A DNA stretch of 63,010 nucleotides, counting the filler, from an uncultured bacterium (GTDB lineage Bacteria; Hinthialibacterota; Hinthialibacteria; Hinthialibacterales; Hinthialibacteraceae), in the NCBI GenBank assembly GCA_964449065.1. It is 2 parts of 2 records of this genome, joined end to end, with 100 filler letters (N's around TTAATTAATTAA, not from the genome) between each part and the next. Parts side by side here need not be neighbours in the genome. Positions count along the whole stretch, not along the records: positions 1 to 31,583 come from CAYVAZ010000014.1; 1 more part is not named here. One strand, given 5' to 3'. The notes under the pieces are model-generated. The model searched no databases, was not told where the DNA came from, and saw only the letters and a program-made list of their open reading frames with translations. Shown piece by piece: positions 8,824 through 19,293 of the stretch. Made by a program: the position numbers and the translations under genes. How positions within the stretch are numbered: position 1 is the first letter of the stretch; each line of letters starts with the position of its first letter.

Positions 8824-10854
8824 TTGATGAGTTTTCCGGTTTTGATTGAAGGAATGTTGATGCGCAAAACGATCTTTATGTTATTGATCTTTATCACGGG
8901 GAATGGTTTCATTCCGCAAGCGGAGGAGTGGCGGCCGTTTGGATTGCAGTGGGATAGATCGCCGGTGGATCTGCGTTTTTTGCAGAATGCCCCTGCCGGG
9001 AAGCACGGTTATTTAGGCGTGAAGGGGGAACGCTTTGTGTTTGAAGATGGGACGGTGTTTTATCCGTGGGGGATCACGTTATCCCGGAATGCATGCTTTC
9101 CCAGCCATGAGGATGCCCCGCGTTTGGCGGAACGCGTCGCGCGCATGGGATTGAACATTGTGCGGTTTCATGACATGGATTCTCCTCTGATTGAGCCCAA
9201 TTTGGTGGAATCGTTTTTTCCGGTTAAGTTGAACAAAGCCCTGATGGACCGCTTGGATTATTTTGTGTTTCAGTTGGAAACGCGCGGTGTCTATGTGTCC
9301 TTTTGCGGATTTCATTCATTGCAACTGGATGAACGCAGCGGCATCGACGAATGGAGAGCGCTGGAACCGGGACTGGAATCGTATATTCATTTTGTGCCGC
9401 AATTGCAGGATATCTATGCGGATTATCTGCAAGCGTTTTGGCTGCACCGCAACCGCTACATTCAGGGCAGGCAGTACCGGGATATCCCAAGCGTGTTGTT
9501 CTTTCAGTTGTTTGAGGGGCACTCCATCCGCCCAAAGCAGATGAGTGTTCCAAGATACAATCAGGAACTCTTTTTGTTGTGGACGGACTGGCTGCAAGAA
9601 AGGGGAAAGCCGTTAACCACCGAATTTGATTTTGATGAGCCGACTTCTGAGAATGTACAGTTTTTGTCGGAACTGACTACGTTATCGTACACGAAATGGC
9701 ATACGTTTTTGCGTGGGCTGAATGTAAAAACGCTGATCAGTGGAGATTCTGTTGTAAAGGAACTACGCGATTTACCTCCGCATTGGGGGATGGATTATGT
9801 GGGCGTGAGTGGTGAGTGGAACCAGCCGCTGGGGCGCGATTTGGTCACCACACTGCCGCCGATGTTGATGGTGGATTTAGACGAACGCAGCCATCTGTTT
9901 TCGGAAATGGCGTTTGCCCGTTTGCGAAATAAACCGTTTATCCTTGCGGGATGGTCGGAACCCTTTCCGAACCGGTACCGGGCGGAACTGCCGTTATGGA
10001 CAGCGGCTATGACACGCTGGCAGGGTTGGAACGGAGCGGTGATGGGGACGGCATTTGCGGATGCCGCGTTTAATCAAGACGCGATGACATCTCCGTTTGA
10101 TCAGTGGAACGATCCCGCTGTGATGGGTCTCATGCCCACGGCATCCATACTCTTTCATCAAACGAATATGAAACACGCGAAACATACGAGTACGATGAAG
10201 GTTGATCAGAATGTAATGTTTGATGATGAGCCAAGCAATCTTTATGAAATACGAACCACACGGCTGGTTGAGCACGGGCGTGTTGAAGTGGATCTGAAGA
10301 ACCAAACCGTTGCGACTAAGGTGTTTTCTACCACACAACCCGAATCGATACAGGATGTGGAATATTCGGATGAAGAGCGATTGTATGTAAGGGATCAATC
10401 CCGCAAACTCTTGCTGATTGATACACCCCAAGTGAAGGCCTTTGTGGGTGGGGTAATGAACGCCAAGGATGATGATATTGCCGGTCTGCGCGTCAAAACC
10501 GATGAACCCTTCGCAGCCGTGAGCGCGGCATCGCTCGATAGGAAGGCGATCAAAGACTCGAAAGAGATTTTGATTACGGTGGTGTCTGAAGCAAAAAACA
10601 CGGAAATGGTTACATTAAAAAATGACTATGGATACTCAGTACCGCGCCTGGGCAAGGCTCCGGTTTTGATCAAAGATACGCCGTGTAGACTGTATGTGCA
10701 GAGCAACGCAAACGAAGCGGGTGTGACTGCTATTCACGCGGACGGATCGGAGAAGGCAATGGTACCATTGCAAATTCAGGATGGATGGATATCGTTTTCG
10801 GCTGGCACGCACGGTACAATCTACTACCAGCTGTCTTGCAGTGATTTTAAATAA
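8824..10854 (+). CDS. Secreted glycoside hydrolase (GH5/clan A-like)
   Basis: Signal peptide; PAGKHG; GLNIVRFHDMD; DRLDYFV..L..RGVY; PNRYRAE. The true start may be about 8854-8860. Confidence 0.65.
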   Translation: MMSFPVLIEGMLMRKTIFMLLIFITGNGFIPQAEEWRPFGLQWDRSPVDLRFLQNAPAGKHGYLGVKGERFVFEDGTVFYPWGITLSRNACFPSHEDAPRLAERVARMGLNIVRFHDMDSPLIEPNLVESFFPVKLNKALMDRLDYFVFQLETRGVYVSFCGFHSLQLDERSGIDEWRALEPGLESYIHFVPQLQDIYADYLQAFWLHRNRYIQGRQYRDIPSVLFFQLFEGHSIRPKQMSVPRYNQELFLLWTDWLQERGKPLTTEFDFDEPTSENVQFLSELTTLSYTKWHTFLRGLNVKTLISGDSVVKELRDLPPHWGMDYVGVSGEWNQPLGRDLVTTLPPMLMVDLDERSHLFSEMAFARLRNKPFILAGWSEPFPNRYRAELPLWTAAMTRWQGWNGAVMGTAFADAAFNQDAMTSPFDQWNDPAVMGLMPTASILFHQTNMKHAKHTSTMKVDQNVMFDDEPSNLYEIRTTRLVEHGRVEVDLKNQTVATKVFSTTQPESIQDVEYSDEERLYVRDQSRKLLLIDTPQVKAFVGGVMNAKDDDIAGLRVKTDEPFAAVSAASLDRKAIKDSKEILITVVSEAKNTEMVTLKNDYGYSVPRLGKAPVLIKDTPCRLYVQSNANEAGVTAIHADGSEKAMVPLQIQDGWISFSAGTHGTIYYQLSCSDFK

Positions 10855-10865
10855 GCGTAAAAAAT

Positions 10866-10900
10866 ACCACAAAGACACACAGAACACAGAGAACACAGAG
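10866..10900. repeat. Short-period intergenic tandem repeat (ACACAGA(G)A-type)
   Basis: CCACAAAGACACACAGAACACAGAGAACACAGAG. Confidence 0.55.
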
Positions 10901-10935
10901 ATTAATTTCATGAAAAAACATAGTGGAGATGCCCG

Positions 10936-11874
10936 ATGACGCAAAAGTATACTTGTCTGGTGACCGGAGGGGCGGGGTTTATCGGCTCGCATATTGTGGA
11001 TTTGCTGGTAGAAGAAGGACACCGGGTTGTGGTGCTGGATAACTTGAGTTCCGGAAAGCATGCCAATCTGCCGGATGAAGTTCCGGTGTATGAGATGGAT
11101 ATTAATGATGATTTGAATGCGCTGTTTGAGAAAGAAAAGCCGGAAATTGTGTTTCACCACGCCGCGCAAATCAGTGTTTCGGTTTCGGTTAAAGAGCCGG
11201 TGAAAGATACCAAAGACAACGTGCTGGGGATTGTGCATTTGTTGGAAGCCTGCCGCAAGCATGGCGTAAAAAAGGTAATGTACGCTTCATCCGGCGCAGC
11301 GTATGGTGAACCGAAGCAATTGCCGCTGCGGGAAAGCGACCCGCCCGCGCCGTTGTCTCCATACGGCATCAGCAAATACACCGGCGAGCCCTATCTGTAT
11401 TATTACCGGCATCAATACGGTATTGAATATGCCGCGCTGCGCTACGCGAATGTGTACGGTCCCCGCCAAGACCCGCACGGTGAGGCGGGTGTAGTGGCAA
11501 TTTTCTCACAACGCTTGTTGCGAAATGAACCGGTAACCATCTTTGGCGACGGTGGGCAAACGCGCGATTTTGTCTACGTAAAAGATGTAGCGCGTGCCAA
11601 CCTGGCGGCGCTTCATGCCGGTTTAATCAATCACGAATCCCCCGTGTTCAATGTCAGCACCCAAAAGCAAACCACGGTGAATGAACTGTATGCGCAGATG
11701 AAGGCTGCATCCGGCTCACCGTTGGAACCCAATTACGGTTCAAAACGCGAAGGGGATGTATTGCACGCCTGCCTTGCCAATGAAAAAATCAAAGAAGCGT
11801 TTGGATGGGAACCGCAAACCACACTGGCACAAGGCGTGCAGGAAACCATCGATTATTTTAGGATGAATTCATAA
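10936..11874 (+). CDS. NAD-dependent epimerase/dehydratase (UDP-glucose 4-epimerase-like)
   Basis: TGGAGFIGSH, YGISK, LRYANVYGPRQ and GDGGQTRDFVYV; stop overlaps the galK start. Confidence 0.9.
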   Translation: MTQKYTCLVTGGAGFIGSHIVDLLVEEGHRVVVLDNLSSGKHANLPDEVPVYEMDINDDLNALFEKEKPEIVFHHAAQISVSVSVKEPVKDTKDNVLGIVHLLEACRKHGVKKVMYASSGAAYGEPKQLPLRESDPPAPLSPYGISKYTGEPYLYYYRHQYGIEYAALRYANVYGPRQDPHGEAGVVAIFSQRLLRNEPVTIFGDGGQTRDFVYVKDVARANLAALHAGLINHESPVFNVSTQKQTTVNELYAQMKAASGSPLEPNYGSKREGDVLHACLANEKIKEAFGWEPQTTLAQGVQETIDYFRMNS

Positions 11875-13046
11875 TGGCAACACAAAGCAACGAAGCAAAA
11901 TACGCGGATTTATACAAAGCGCAGTTCGGCACCTTTGCCAAAACGGTAGTGTGCGCTCCCGGCCGTGTGGAAATTTTAGGAAACCACACCGACTACAACG
12001 ACGGCTATGTGTTAACCGCTGCCATCGACAAACACATCTACATGGCGGGCGAAGATACCGATTCGGATCAAGTGAGGCTGTATACCCAAACGTTAGACGA
12101 TGAATGCACGTTTGATATTTTCGATGTCCAAAAGGATGACCATCATCCCTGGGCGAATTATGTGAAGGGGGTACTGCATGAGCTGCTAGAAGCGGGCATT
12201 ACCCTGTCCGGTTTTCAAGCGGTCATTGGCGGGGATTTGCCGGTCGGCGGTGGAGTAAGCAGCTCGGCCGCGCTGGAATCCGCGACCGCGATGCTGATGC
12301 AGTCGCTGTTTTATTACGAACTCTCCAAACCGGAAATCGCGACGCTGTGCCGGCGGGCGGAAAACCAATTTGTTGGGATGCCCTGCGGTGTGCTGGATCA
12401 AATGTCATCCATCCTTGGCAAGCAAGACGCGATGCTTTTTATTGACTGTCGCAGTTTGGAATACAAACAGCTGGAACTGCCGCCGCCCGCTCCGGATATA
12501 GTGATCTGCAACACCAATGTTAAGCACAATTTGGTGGAAAGCCAGTATAAAACCCGCCGGGAGCAATGCTTTGCCGCCGCGGAAAAACTTTCCGGGTTCA
12601 TGCAGCGGGATATCCTTTTTTTGCGGGATATCAGCGCGGAAGAATTGATGCCTCACTTAAGTGAATTGCCGGAAGAGGAAAGCCTGCGCGCCTGGCATGT
12701 GGTCTCGGAAAACGAGCGGGTGTGCCAAGGCCGTGACGCGATTGAGAAAGAGGATGCCAAAGCGTTGGGGCTGTTGATGTTTCAATCGCATGAGAGTTCG
12801 AAGACGCTGTTTCAAAACAGCTGCTATGAACTGGATGTGCTGATTGAAGAAGCCCGCGCCATTGAAGGCTGCCTCGGCGCGAAACTGTCAGGCGGGGGAT
12901 TCGGCGGGTGCACCGTCAATCTGGTCGAGCCGGATTACACCGCAACCTTCTGCAAAGAGATCGAAGCGCGCTATTTGGATCAAACCCAAAAGCCCTGCTC
13001 GGTGATGATGTGCCACATCGCGGATGGGGCGGGGGTGTTGTTTTGA
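11874..13046 (+). CDS. galK: Galactokinase
   Basis: APGRVEILGNHTDYN, PVGGGVSSSAA, CGVLDQ and GAKLSGGGFGGC GHMP motifs. Confidence 0.93.
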   Translation: MATQSNEAKYADLYKAQFGTFAKTVVCAPGRVEILGNHTDYNDGYVLTAAIDKHIYMAGEDTDSDQVRLYTQTLDDECTFDIFDVQKDDHHPWANYVKGVLHELLEAGITLSGFQAVIGGDLPVGGGVSSSAALESATAMLMQSLFYYELSKPEIATLCRRAENQFVGMPCGVLDQMSSILGKQDAMLFIDCRSLEYKQLELPPPAPDIVICNTNVKHNLVESQYKTRREQCFAAAEKLSGFMQRDILFLRDISAEELMPHLSELPEEESLRAWHVVSENERVCQGRDAIEKEDAKALGLLMFQSHESSKTLFQNSCYELDVLIEEARAIEGCLGAKLSGGGFGGCTVNLVEPDYTATFCKEIEARYLDQTQKPCSVMMCHIADGAGVLF

Positions 13047-13057
13047 ACGATTACTAC

Positions 13058-13268
13058 TGTCTGAATCAGGATGGCCAGGATGAAAAGACCGATTTTCAGG
13101 ATTTTGTTTTAGTTATACGGATTCAAATAAATTCTGTGTGATTCTTCCATAAAAGGGGAGCACCGGCTTCCATCTGGTGCGTGATAAAATAATTTGTAAT
13201 CAGAACGTATTTTTGGCAACCACTATATCCTGTTCATCCTATTTATCCTTAGAATCCTGATTCTGACA
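13058..13268. repeat. Inverted-repeat-bounded element with CAGGAT/ATCCTG periodic arms
   Basis: TGTCTGAATCAGGAT near 13058 and ATCCTGATTCTGACA ending at 13268 (one mismatch). Confidence 0.55.
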
Positions 13269-13292
13269 ATGAAAAACCATATCTCTCCAAAT

Positions 13293-13376
13293 TATACCTA
13301 TGCAATTTGAGATTGCTGCATATTGAATACTTAATATCTTTCTTTCGCTGGGCTTACGCCGCGCTTATCAGTCATT
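13293..13376. repeat. Dispersed ~84-bp repeat, copy 1
   Basis: TATACnnATGCAATTTGA...CTTTCGCTGGGCTTACGCCGCGCTTATCAGTCATT; other copies at 42444-42527 and 51241-51325. Confidence 0.8.
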
Positions 13377-13675
13377 CACAAGCGTTAGCGCAGTGTTATA
13401 CCCCCTTGCATAAGGGGGTGGAGCCGTAGGCTCCGGGGGATTTTGCGTTGTTGAAAGCGTGCTTCGATCCCCCCTACCCCCCCTTAATAAGGGGGGATAA
13501 CAACGACAGTCTCTTCGTTGCGTAACATGAGTTATAGTATAGATCATAAAACGATATATGGATGTTCTAACAGATGAACCGAAAGTATTAACCATTTGAC
13601 CCACCCTATATTTCTAGCATTCTCATCTTACAATTTCATCACCTTTTTGAACAATGATTTTTTAGGAGCGGCATC

Positions 13676-14566
13676 ATGGCAGAGGCGGTAACGAAGATTG
13701 AGATTCCCGGGGTGGAAGTAGCATCCAGCGGGAAGGTGCGGGATATTTTTGATTTGGATGATAAATTGCTGCTGGTGGCGACCGACCGCATCAGCGCGTT
13801 CGACTGTATTCTGCCGCGGGGGATTCCGGATAAAGGCAAACTGCTGACTATGATATCGAAATACTGGTTTGAGACGCTGGAAGAAGCCGAACCGCATCAC
13901 ATCATTTCGTTTGATGTCGAAGAATTCCCGGAGCCGTTTAACCAGCACGCCAGCCTGCTTGGCGGGCGTTCCATGCTGGTGCACAAGACCGAGACCATCC
14001 CGGTAGAGTGCGTGGTGCGCGGCTATCTGGCGGGTTCGGTGGTGAAAGAGTATGAACAAAAGCAAACCGCCTGCAATGTGCTGCTCGATAAAGGGTTGAA
14101 AATATCCGACAAACTGCGCCAGCCGATTTACACACCCGCCCGTAAGAACAAAGAAGGACATGACGAAAATATTTCGTATGAAGATACCGTTCAAATCGTC
14201 GGCGGGTGGGAAAGCGACGAACTGCGCAACCGCAGCCTTGAAATCTACAAAGAAGCGGCCGTGATTGCGGATGAGCGCGGGTTAATCCTGGCCGATACCA
14301 AGTTCGAGTTTGGCTTTTTGGATGATGAGGTTGTGCTGATTGATGAACTGCTGACGATGGATTCATCGCGCTTTTGGTCGAAAGAAGATTATACGCCCGG
14401 TGTTCCGCAAGACCCGTTTGATAAGCAGTTCGTGCGTGATTATCTCAACAGCCTGGATTGGGACAAGACTCCACCCGCGCCTGACCTGCCCGATGAGATT
14501 ATCGGGAAGACGCTGGAACGCTACATCAAAGCGTATGAGATGATTACGGGTGAGACGTGGCGGTAG
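13676..14566 (+). CDS. purC: SAICAR synthetase
   Basis: SGKVRDIF, ATDRISAFD, ECVVRGYL, LADTKFEFG, DSSRFW and FDKQFVRD. Confidence 0.96.
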   Translation: MAEAVTKIEIPGVEVASSGKVRDIFDLDDKLLLVATDRISAFDCILPRGIPDKGKLLTMISKYWFETLEEAEPHHIISFDVEEFPEPFNQHASLLGGRSMLVHKTETIPVECVVRGYLAGSVVKEYEQKQTACNVLLDKGLKISDKLRQPIYTPARKNKEGHDENISYEDTVQIVGGWESDELRNRSLEIYKEAAVIADERGLILADTKFEFGFLDDEVVLIDELLTMDSSRFWSKEDYTPGVPQDPFDKQFVRDYLNSLDWDKTPPAPDLPDEIIGKTLERYIKAYEMITGETWR

Positions 14567-15069
14567 AATGAACCGCGAATGAACGTGAATTCACGCGAAA
14601 AAGGTATGATTCCTTGCACACACTTTGCACACTCCGCGCTCTTGGTGTCTCTGCGGTTTTATTTTGCTTCTCAACTTTTTGCATCCACTCTCTTGTAGTC
14701 CGTCAATCAAAAAATGGCGGCTGGCTATCCGTTGTTCCCCCCCCTTGTTAAGGGGGGCTAGGGGGGATTCAGAATCAACTCAGTCCACCACTCGTGAAGC
14801 GCAACCCTGGGAGGGCGAGGCTCCCGCCGAGCCGGAAGTGCGCTTCATCCCAATCCGAACGTATTGTTGGCAACACCGCTATAAATAACGAAAACGCCCC
14901 AAATGGGCACTCTGACATAACACAGGGCAACACACTGATAATAGTTATGGGTAATGATTAGCTTGTTAAGGGGGGGATCGATACCCGTCAATAAAACGTT
15001 GACACTGTACTAGGTCAGTTTGGCTGGTTTACTATACAATCTTTGCATCATGATCGATTGGTATAGAGA

Positions 15070-17145
15070 ATGAACGAACGGAATATCCCTACAACCATAA
15101 TCAGCTCGGTAGTGCTGCTGTGGCTGGCGTTTTGCTGTGTGACGTTTTTGGTATTGCATTGGCCGATGTGGTATGTGGTGTTTCAGTATTTGCCTGCCGC
15201 TTTGGGTAAATTGAATCTGCGCTTTCCGGACATGTTTTGGGTGGATGTAATTTGCGCGATTGCCATGCTGGCGGTGAATGGCATTGTGGGGATGCTGTTT
15301 TTACGGCTGTTTATCCGCATGCCTGCCTTGTTAGAGATAGCCGCGAATGTGTTTATGGGGATTGGAATATCTCATTTCTTGTTGATGTTCCCCGCGATTT
15401 TTTTCTTGCTGAGTCCATTTTCGATTGGTATATGTTATGCCGTCATTATCGGTTTGCTGCTAGGTGCCAGGTATATGTGGGGATGGGCGGAAGTACGATT
15501 TGAAACCGGTGCGGACGATCAAGAATCACTTCTGCATAAAACGCTGTTTTATAGCGCGTTTGCGGTTGTGGGGATTATTACTCTGCTGACTTTTTATCAC
15601 GCGGTGCTGTTTCCGGTGAACTATTGGGATTCGCTGATTTATTACATCCATTATGGAAAGATGACATATGAAGAAGGCGGGTTCCCCATTTTGTATTGCC
15701 TGCAAGTGGGATTGGGTTTAGGGGCAAACTATCCCCATTTGTTTAACCTGAACCAGGCGGTAACGGCTACGGTGTTTTTTCATTGGTCGGATCTGTATGG
15801 GCAGTTGCTGTGTCCGGTTGCCGGGCTGGGCGCGTGCATTGTCATCTATTATCTTTGCCGGCATTTGTTTGCCGGCCGCTTGACCGCCATGCTTGCGGTG
15901 CTGGTGTTTCGTACGATACCGTATGTGAATTCATACATAATCTGGGCGTCGGATTACGCGCTGGTCATTATGTACACCTGCCTACTGATGTTGTTTCTGC
16001 GCATGTTTTTGCTGAATCCGAGTTACCGCATGTTGATGCCGCTGTTGTGCACGACCGCAATTTTCCCCAATATCAACTATTTGGGGTGGATCGTCTGGCC
16101 GGTGGCGGGTATGGCGGTGTTGATCCATTACAAAGAATTTTTGGTAAGGCCGCAGCGGTTGGGTATCACGCTTTTGATCTTTTTGCTATGGCTGCTTCCC
16201 GCGTCGGTGTGGTATGCGCGCAACTATATGGTGACAGGAAACCCGGTGTACGCGTTTTTTCCGGAAATTTTGGGCGGTGAGAATATTAACCTGGATGTGC
16301 TGCGTTCCAGCGAGCAGGAATGGAAGTACCACGGTTGGGGGGCGGCGCATCTGCCTGGTGAGACTGTTTGGTACCGTCTGCTCAACACACCGGTTGCGTT
16401 ATTGCAGATGTGGCATTTCGCCCCGGTTGTATTGGGGATCATGCTGCCCTCGCTGCTGCTGGGATGGCGGCGGTATTGGCAGTATTTTCTTTTGGTTGGG
16501 GTGTTGATTGGGTTGTATGGTTTTTATGAATACTTCATATCGGGATTTTATTGGTATCACATCATCGCGGTGTTCCCGATGCTGGCGGTATTTACCGCGC
16601 GCTTTTTGGATCAGGTTAAGGCGACGTTTTTGTATCCGGCTTTTGCGGTGGTACTGCTGATTGCGGGTATCGCGCCGGGGATTTCAGTTACAGTGATGGG
16701 GCCGAAACATACCACTCCAACGCTGGAGCACTTTGCGCATCCCGGATTATCGCCCAAGCAGTTTTACCGCTATTGCTATCCGCAATATGCGTCTTCGTGG
16801 GAATATTTGAACGAACACGCGGAAGAAGGTGCTGCCATCCTCACGCACGATAACCGCTATCACGTGTTTCGGGATGATCTAAGCGTGATTCATTTGGATG
16901 ACTGCGATCTGACGCCGTATTATGACCGGCCCTATGAAGAAGTTCATCAAGTGTTATGGGAACGGGGGATTCGGTATTACCTGTTCATCCAGGATGAGTT
17001 GAGCCATCCCATCACACAGCGCTTGGGGCATCAGCCGTATTTGGACGATGAGCGGTATTACAATCTACTGCATCAAACCCGAAGCGGTGGGGATGTAGCG
17101 GCGGCGGTGTATAAGTTGGTGAAACCGGGGGAGGGTAATGTATAA
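15070..17145 (+). CDS. Multi-pass membrane glycosyltransferase (GT-C, ArnT/PMT-like)
   Basis: Many TM helices; WDSLIYY; ANYP; WYARNYMVTGNPVY; soluble C-terminal domain. Confidence 0.7.
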   Translation: MNERNIPTTIISSVVLLWLAFCCVTFLVLHWPMWYVVFQYLPAALGKLNLRFPDMFWVDVICAIAMLAVNGIVGMLFLRLFIRMPALLEIAANVFMGIGISHFLLMFPAIFFLLSPFSIGICYAVIIGLLLGARYMWGWAEVRFETGADDQESLLHKTLFYSAFAVVGIITLLTFYHAVLFPVNYWDSLIYYIHYGKMTYEEGGFPILYCLQVGLGLGANYPHLFNLNQAVTATVFFHWSDLYGQLLCPVAGLGACIVIYYLCRHLFAGRLTAMLAVLVFRTIPYVNSYIIWASDYALVIMYTCLLMLFLRMFLLNPSYRMLMPLLCTTAIFPNINYLGWIVWPVAGMAVLIHYKEFLVRPQRLGITLLIFLLWLLPASVWYARNYMVTGNPVYAFFPEILGGENINLDVLRSSEQEWKYHGWGAAHLPGETVWYRLLNTPVALLQMWHFAPVVLGIMLPSLLLGWRRYWQYFLLVGVLIGLYGFYEYFISGFYWYHIIAVFPMLAVFTARFLDQVKATFLYPAFAVVLLIAGIAPGISVTVMGPKHTTPTLEHFAHPGLSPKQFYRYCYPQYASSWEYLNEHAEEGAAILTHDNRYHVFRDDLSVIHLDDCDLTPYYDRPYEEVHQVLWERGIRYYLFIQDELSHPITQRLGHQPYLDDERYYNLLHQTRSGGDVAAAVYKLVKPGEGNV

Positions 17146-17270
17146 TTGCGATTGCCCAATGTGCTCTCCGAATCATCATCCCACGGCAGCTCAAACGGGA
17201 TCATCTCGGCGGACTGCAAGGGATTTGATGCGAAGATAGCGATTAGGATTAAGAGATGGATACGGTACAT
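17073..17270 (-). pseudogene. 5' fragment of a secreted glycoside-hydrolase-like gene
   Basis: AGGAG SD, ATG at 17270, signal peptide and IPFELPWDD, then the frame runs antisense into the 3' end of the GT-C gene. Confidence 0.5.
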
Positions 17271-17357
17271 GATGCGGGCTCCTGAATGATGAAGGTTCAA
17301 TGATAAGTTTTGAAATATAGTAAACCAGGAAGGTGGGTTTCGGCTATTCAATTAAAA

Positions 17358-17981
17358 TTATGTTTCAATGCCAACAATAACTAATGGCACAGCAGGTACA
17401 CCACGGCCTTGTCTTATCACATTGTATAATTCACCTTCATAATAAGGTACACCTGAACTCATTTGAGATTGCAATGTTTTCATGGGTAATATTTCTATAC
17501 CAACATCAATTTGATCACCGACATAAAACGCAAGATGTTTAACAAATAAATCATACGCAACGAAAGAATATTTACCTAATTGAACTTCGATTGCTACTCT
17601 ATCTTTAACAAAGTCTGTTTGATTATAACTAAAAATAGGTATGTCACCACTTTCTTCTATATGCTTCCTTTGCTTCTTTGCGGACATTGTCATTGTCTTT
17701 CGTATAAGTTTTTCATTCTTAGTCACCCAATAACGAACGCGACTTTCATTCCATTGTTTTATTTCTAGATTCTTTTTAAATTCCTTATTAATTTCAATAG
17801 GACAATAGAGCAGTTTGCCTTTCATGGTTTTTTCTTTAGACACTTTTGTTTTACATTTATCAGCATTAATCGTTTCAACAACATATTGCACTTCTTCCCA
17901 AAGTTTTGGTTTGTGTACAATTAAATATTCTAAACCATTAAGATGTGAATATGTTTCAACGATTTTCAACTTTGTCTTCAT
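17358..17981 (-). CDS. Type II restriction endonuclease, BglII/BstYI family
   Basis: QTDFVKDRVAIEVQLGK (D...E-x-Q catalytic pattern); DVGIEILP; AT-rich; overlaps the methyltransferase. Confidence 0.88.
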   Translation of the reverse strand: MKTKLKIVETYSHLNGLEYLIVHKPKLWEEVQYVVETINADKCKTKVSKEKTMKGKLLYCPIEINKEFKKNLEIKQWNESRVRYWVTKNEKLIRKTMTMSAKKQRKHIEESGDIPIFSYNQTDFVKDRVAIEVQLGKYSFVAYDLFVKHLAFYVGDQIDVGIEILPMKTLQSQMSSGVPYYEGELYNVIRQGRGVPAVPLVIVGIET

Positions 17982-18918
17982 TTTCCTCAAAAATAGTCAT
18001 TTGTAAAATACCATTATTTCTATTTTCATTCCAGAGAGTATGAATAAGATTATTGCCATTCAAGTAAGGATCGTATTTAGGTTGATCCATTGGCCGTACT
18101 TTTAATGTCCCTTCAATTGCCCTTTTTATCCTATTTTTAGCAATTTCAACGTATTCATTTTTAATTTCTGAACCTACACCTTTTCGATTATTTCGAATTG
18201 CCGCAATTATAGATGAACCGACTCCTAAGAAGGGATCAAAAACCCAATCATTTTCATTTGTCATAGATAGTACAAGTCGTTCAACTAGTTCTATTGGAAA
18301 TTGACAGGGATGATTTGTTTTTTCAACATGATTACTTTTTACATTCGGAATATCCCACACATCGCCAGGATTTTTACCTAGTGGATTGCATGAATATTGT
18401 CCTGCTTTTGGCCCTTTGAAATATTTTTTACCCGGATATTTTTGAGGGACTCTGACTGCATCTAAATTAAATACATAATCTTTTGTATTTCTAGTAAACC
18501 ACATTATCGTTTCGTATCTTCCAGAAAAGCGTATTGAACAGTGGAGGCCGTGTTCAAAATGCCATATAATTCTATTTCTCAATACGAGTGATAATTTATG
18601 AAATATAGGATACAAAAAAGTATCAATCGGAATAATTGATCCTTTATCAACATAATTTCCTACTTGCCAGCATATACTACCATTAGGTGTTAGTACTCTT
18701 TCACACTCACGAATCACTTCTTCTTGTTGTTTCAAGTATAAATCAAGTTTAAGTTTTTTCTCATATTCTTTCCCTATATTATAAGGAGGAGAAGTTACTA
18801 CTAGTTGTATACTTTGATCTGGTATATCTTTGAGACATTCTATACAATCGCCACGATATAACACTATCCTGTCCGATTGATTGAATGTATTCGATATTCT
18901 TGATTTTTTTGTATTCAT
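17956..18918 (-). CDS. Site-specific DNA methyltransferase (N4/N6 family, beta-class motif order)
   Basis: VTSPPY precedes DPFLGVGS; HPCQFP; AT-rich. Confidence 0.92.
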   Translation of the reverse strand: MNTKKSRISNTFNQSDRIVLYRGDCIECLKDIPDQSIQLVVTSPPYNIGKEYEKKLKLDLYLKQQEEVIRECERVLTPNGSICWQVGNYVDKGSIIPIDTFLYPIFHKLSLVLRNRIIWHFEHGLHCSIRFSGRYETIMWFTRNTKDYVFNLDAVRVPQKYPGKKYFKGPKAGQYSCNPLGKNPGDVWDIPNVKSNHVEKTNHPCQFPIELVERLVLSMTNENDWVFDPFLGVGSSIIAAIRNNRKGVGSEIKNEYVEIAKNRIKRAIEGTLKVRPMDQPKYDPYLNGNNLIHTLWNENRNNGILQMTIFEENEDKVENR

Positions 18919-19293
18919 TGTTTTTCGCTCGAGTTGGGAGTTTCTTTCATTTATAATAATTATTCAGATGTTCAACACAAGTAGAAAAAACAATTTAAAA
19001 TAAAATGTGTGTTATATTCAATTCCGTAAGAGGGCAGGCGTTTGAAGAGAGATTTCCTCACCCAAGCCTGGTGGGGGGTAGGGGCAATGCCATAAAGTGA
19101 AGACATGTTCTCCTCACCCAGCCTTGAAACCCTGGGATTTAGGCTTAATGGGGTTGCGGAAGAGTGGATCAGACATTGTAAGAAAGTACCCTAACCCCAT
19201 CCTATTCTTTCCCCATTTTATTGGGGAAAGAATAGGAAAATCAAACGGTTTTTTACTTCATACCGCTGACATGTTACCTATACGAAACATCCG

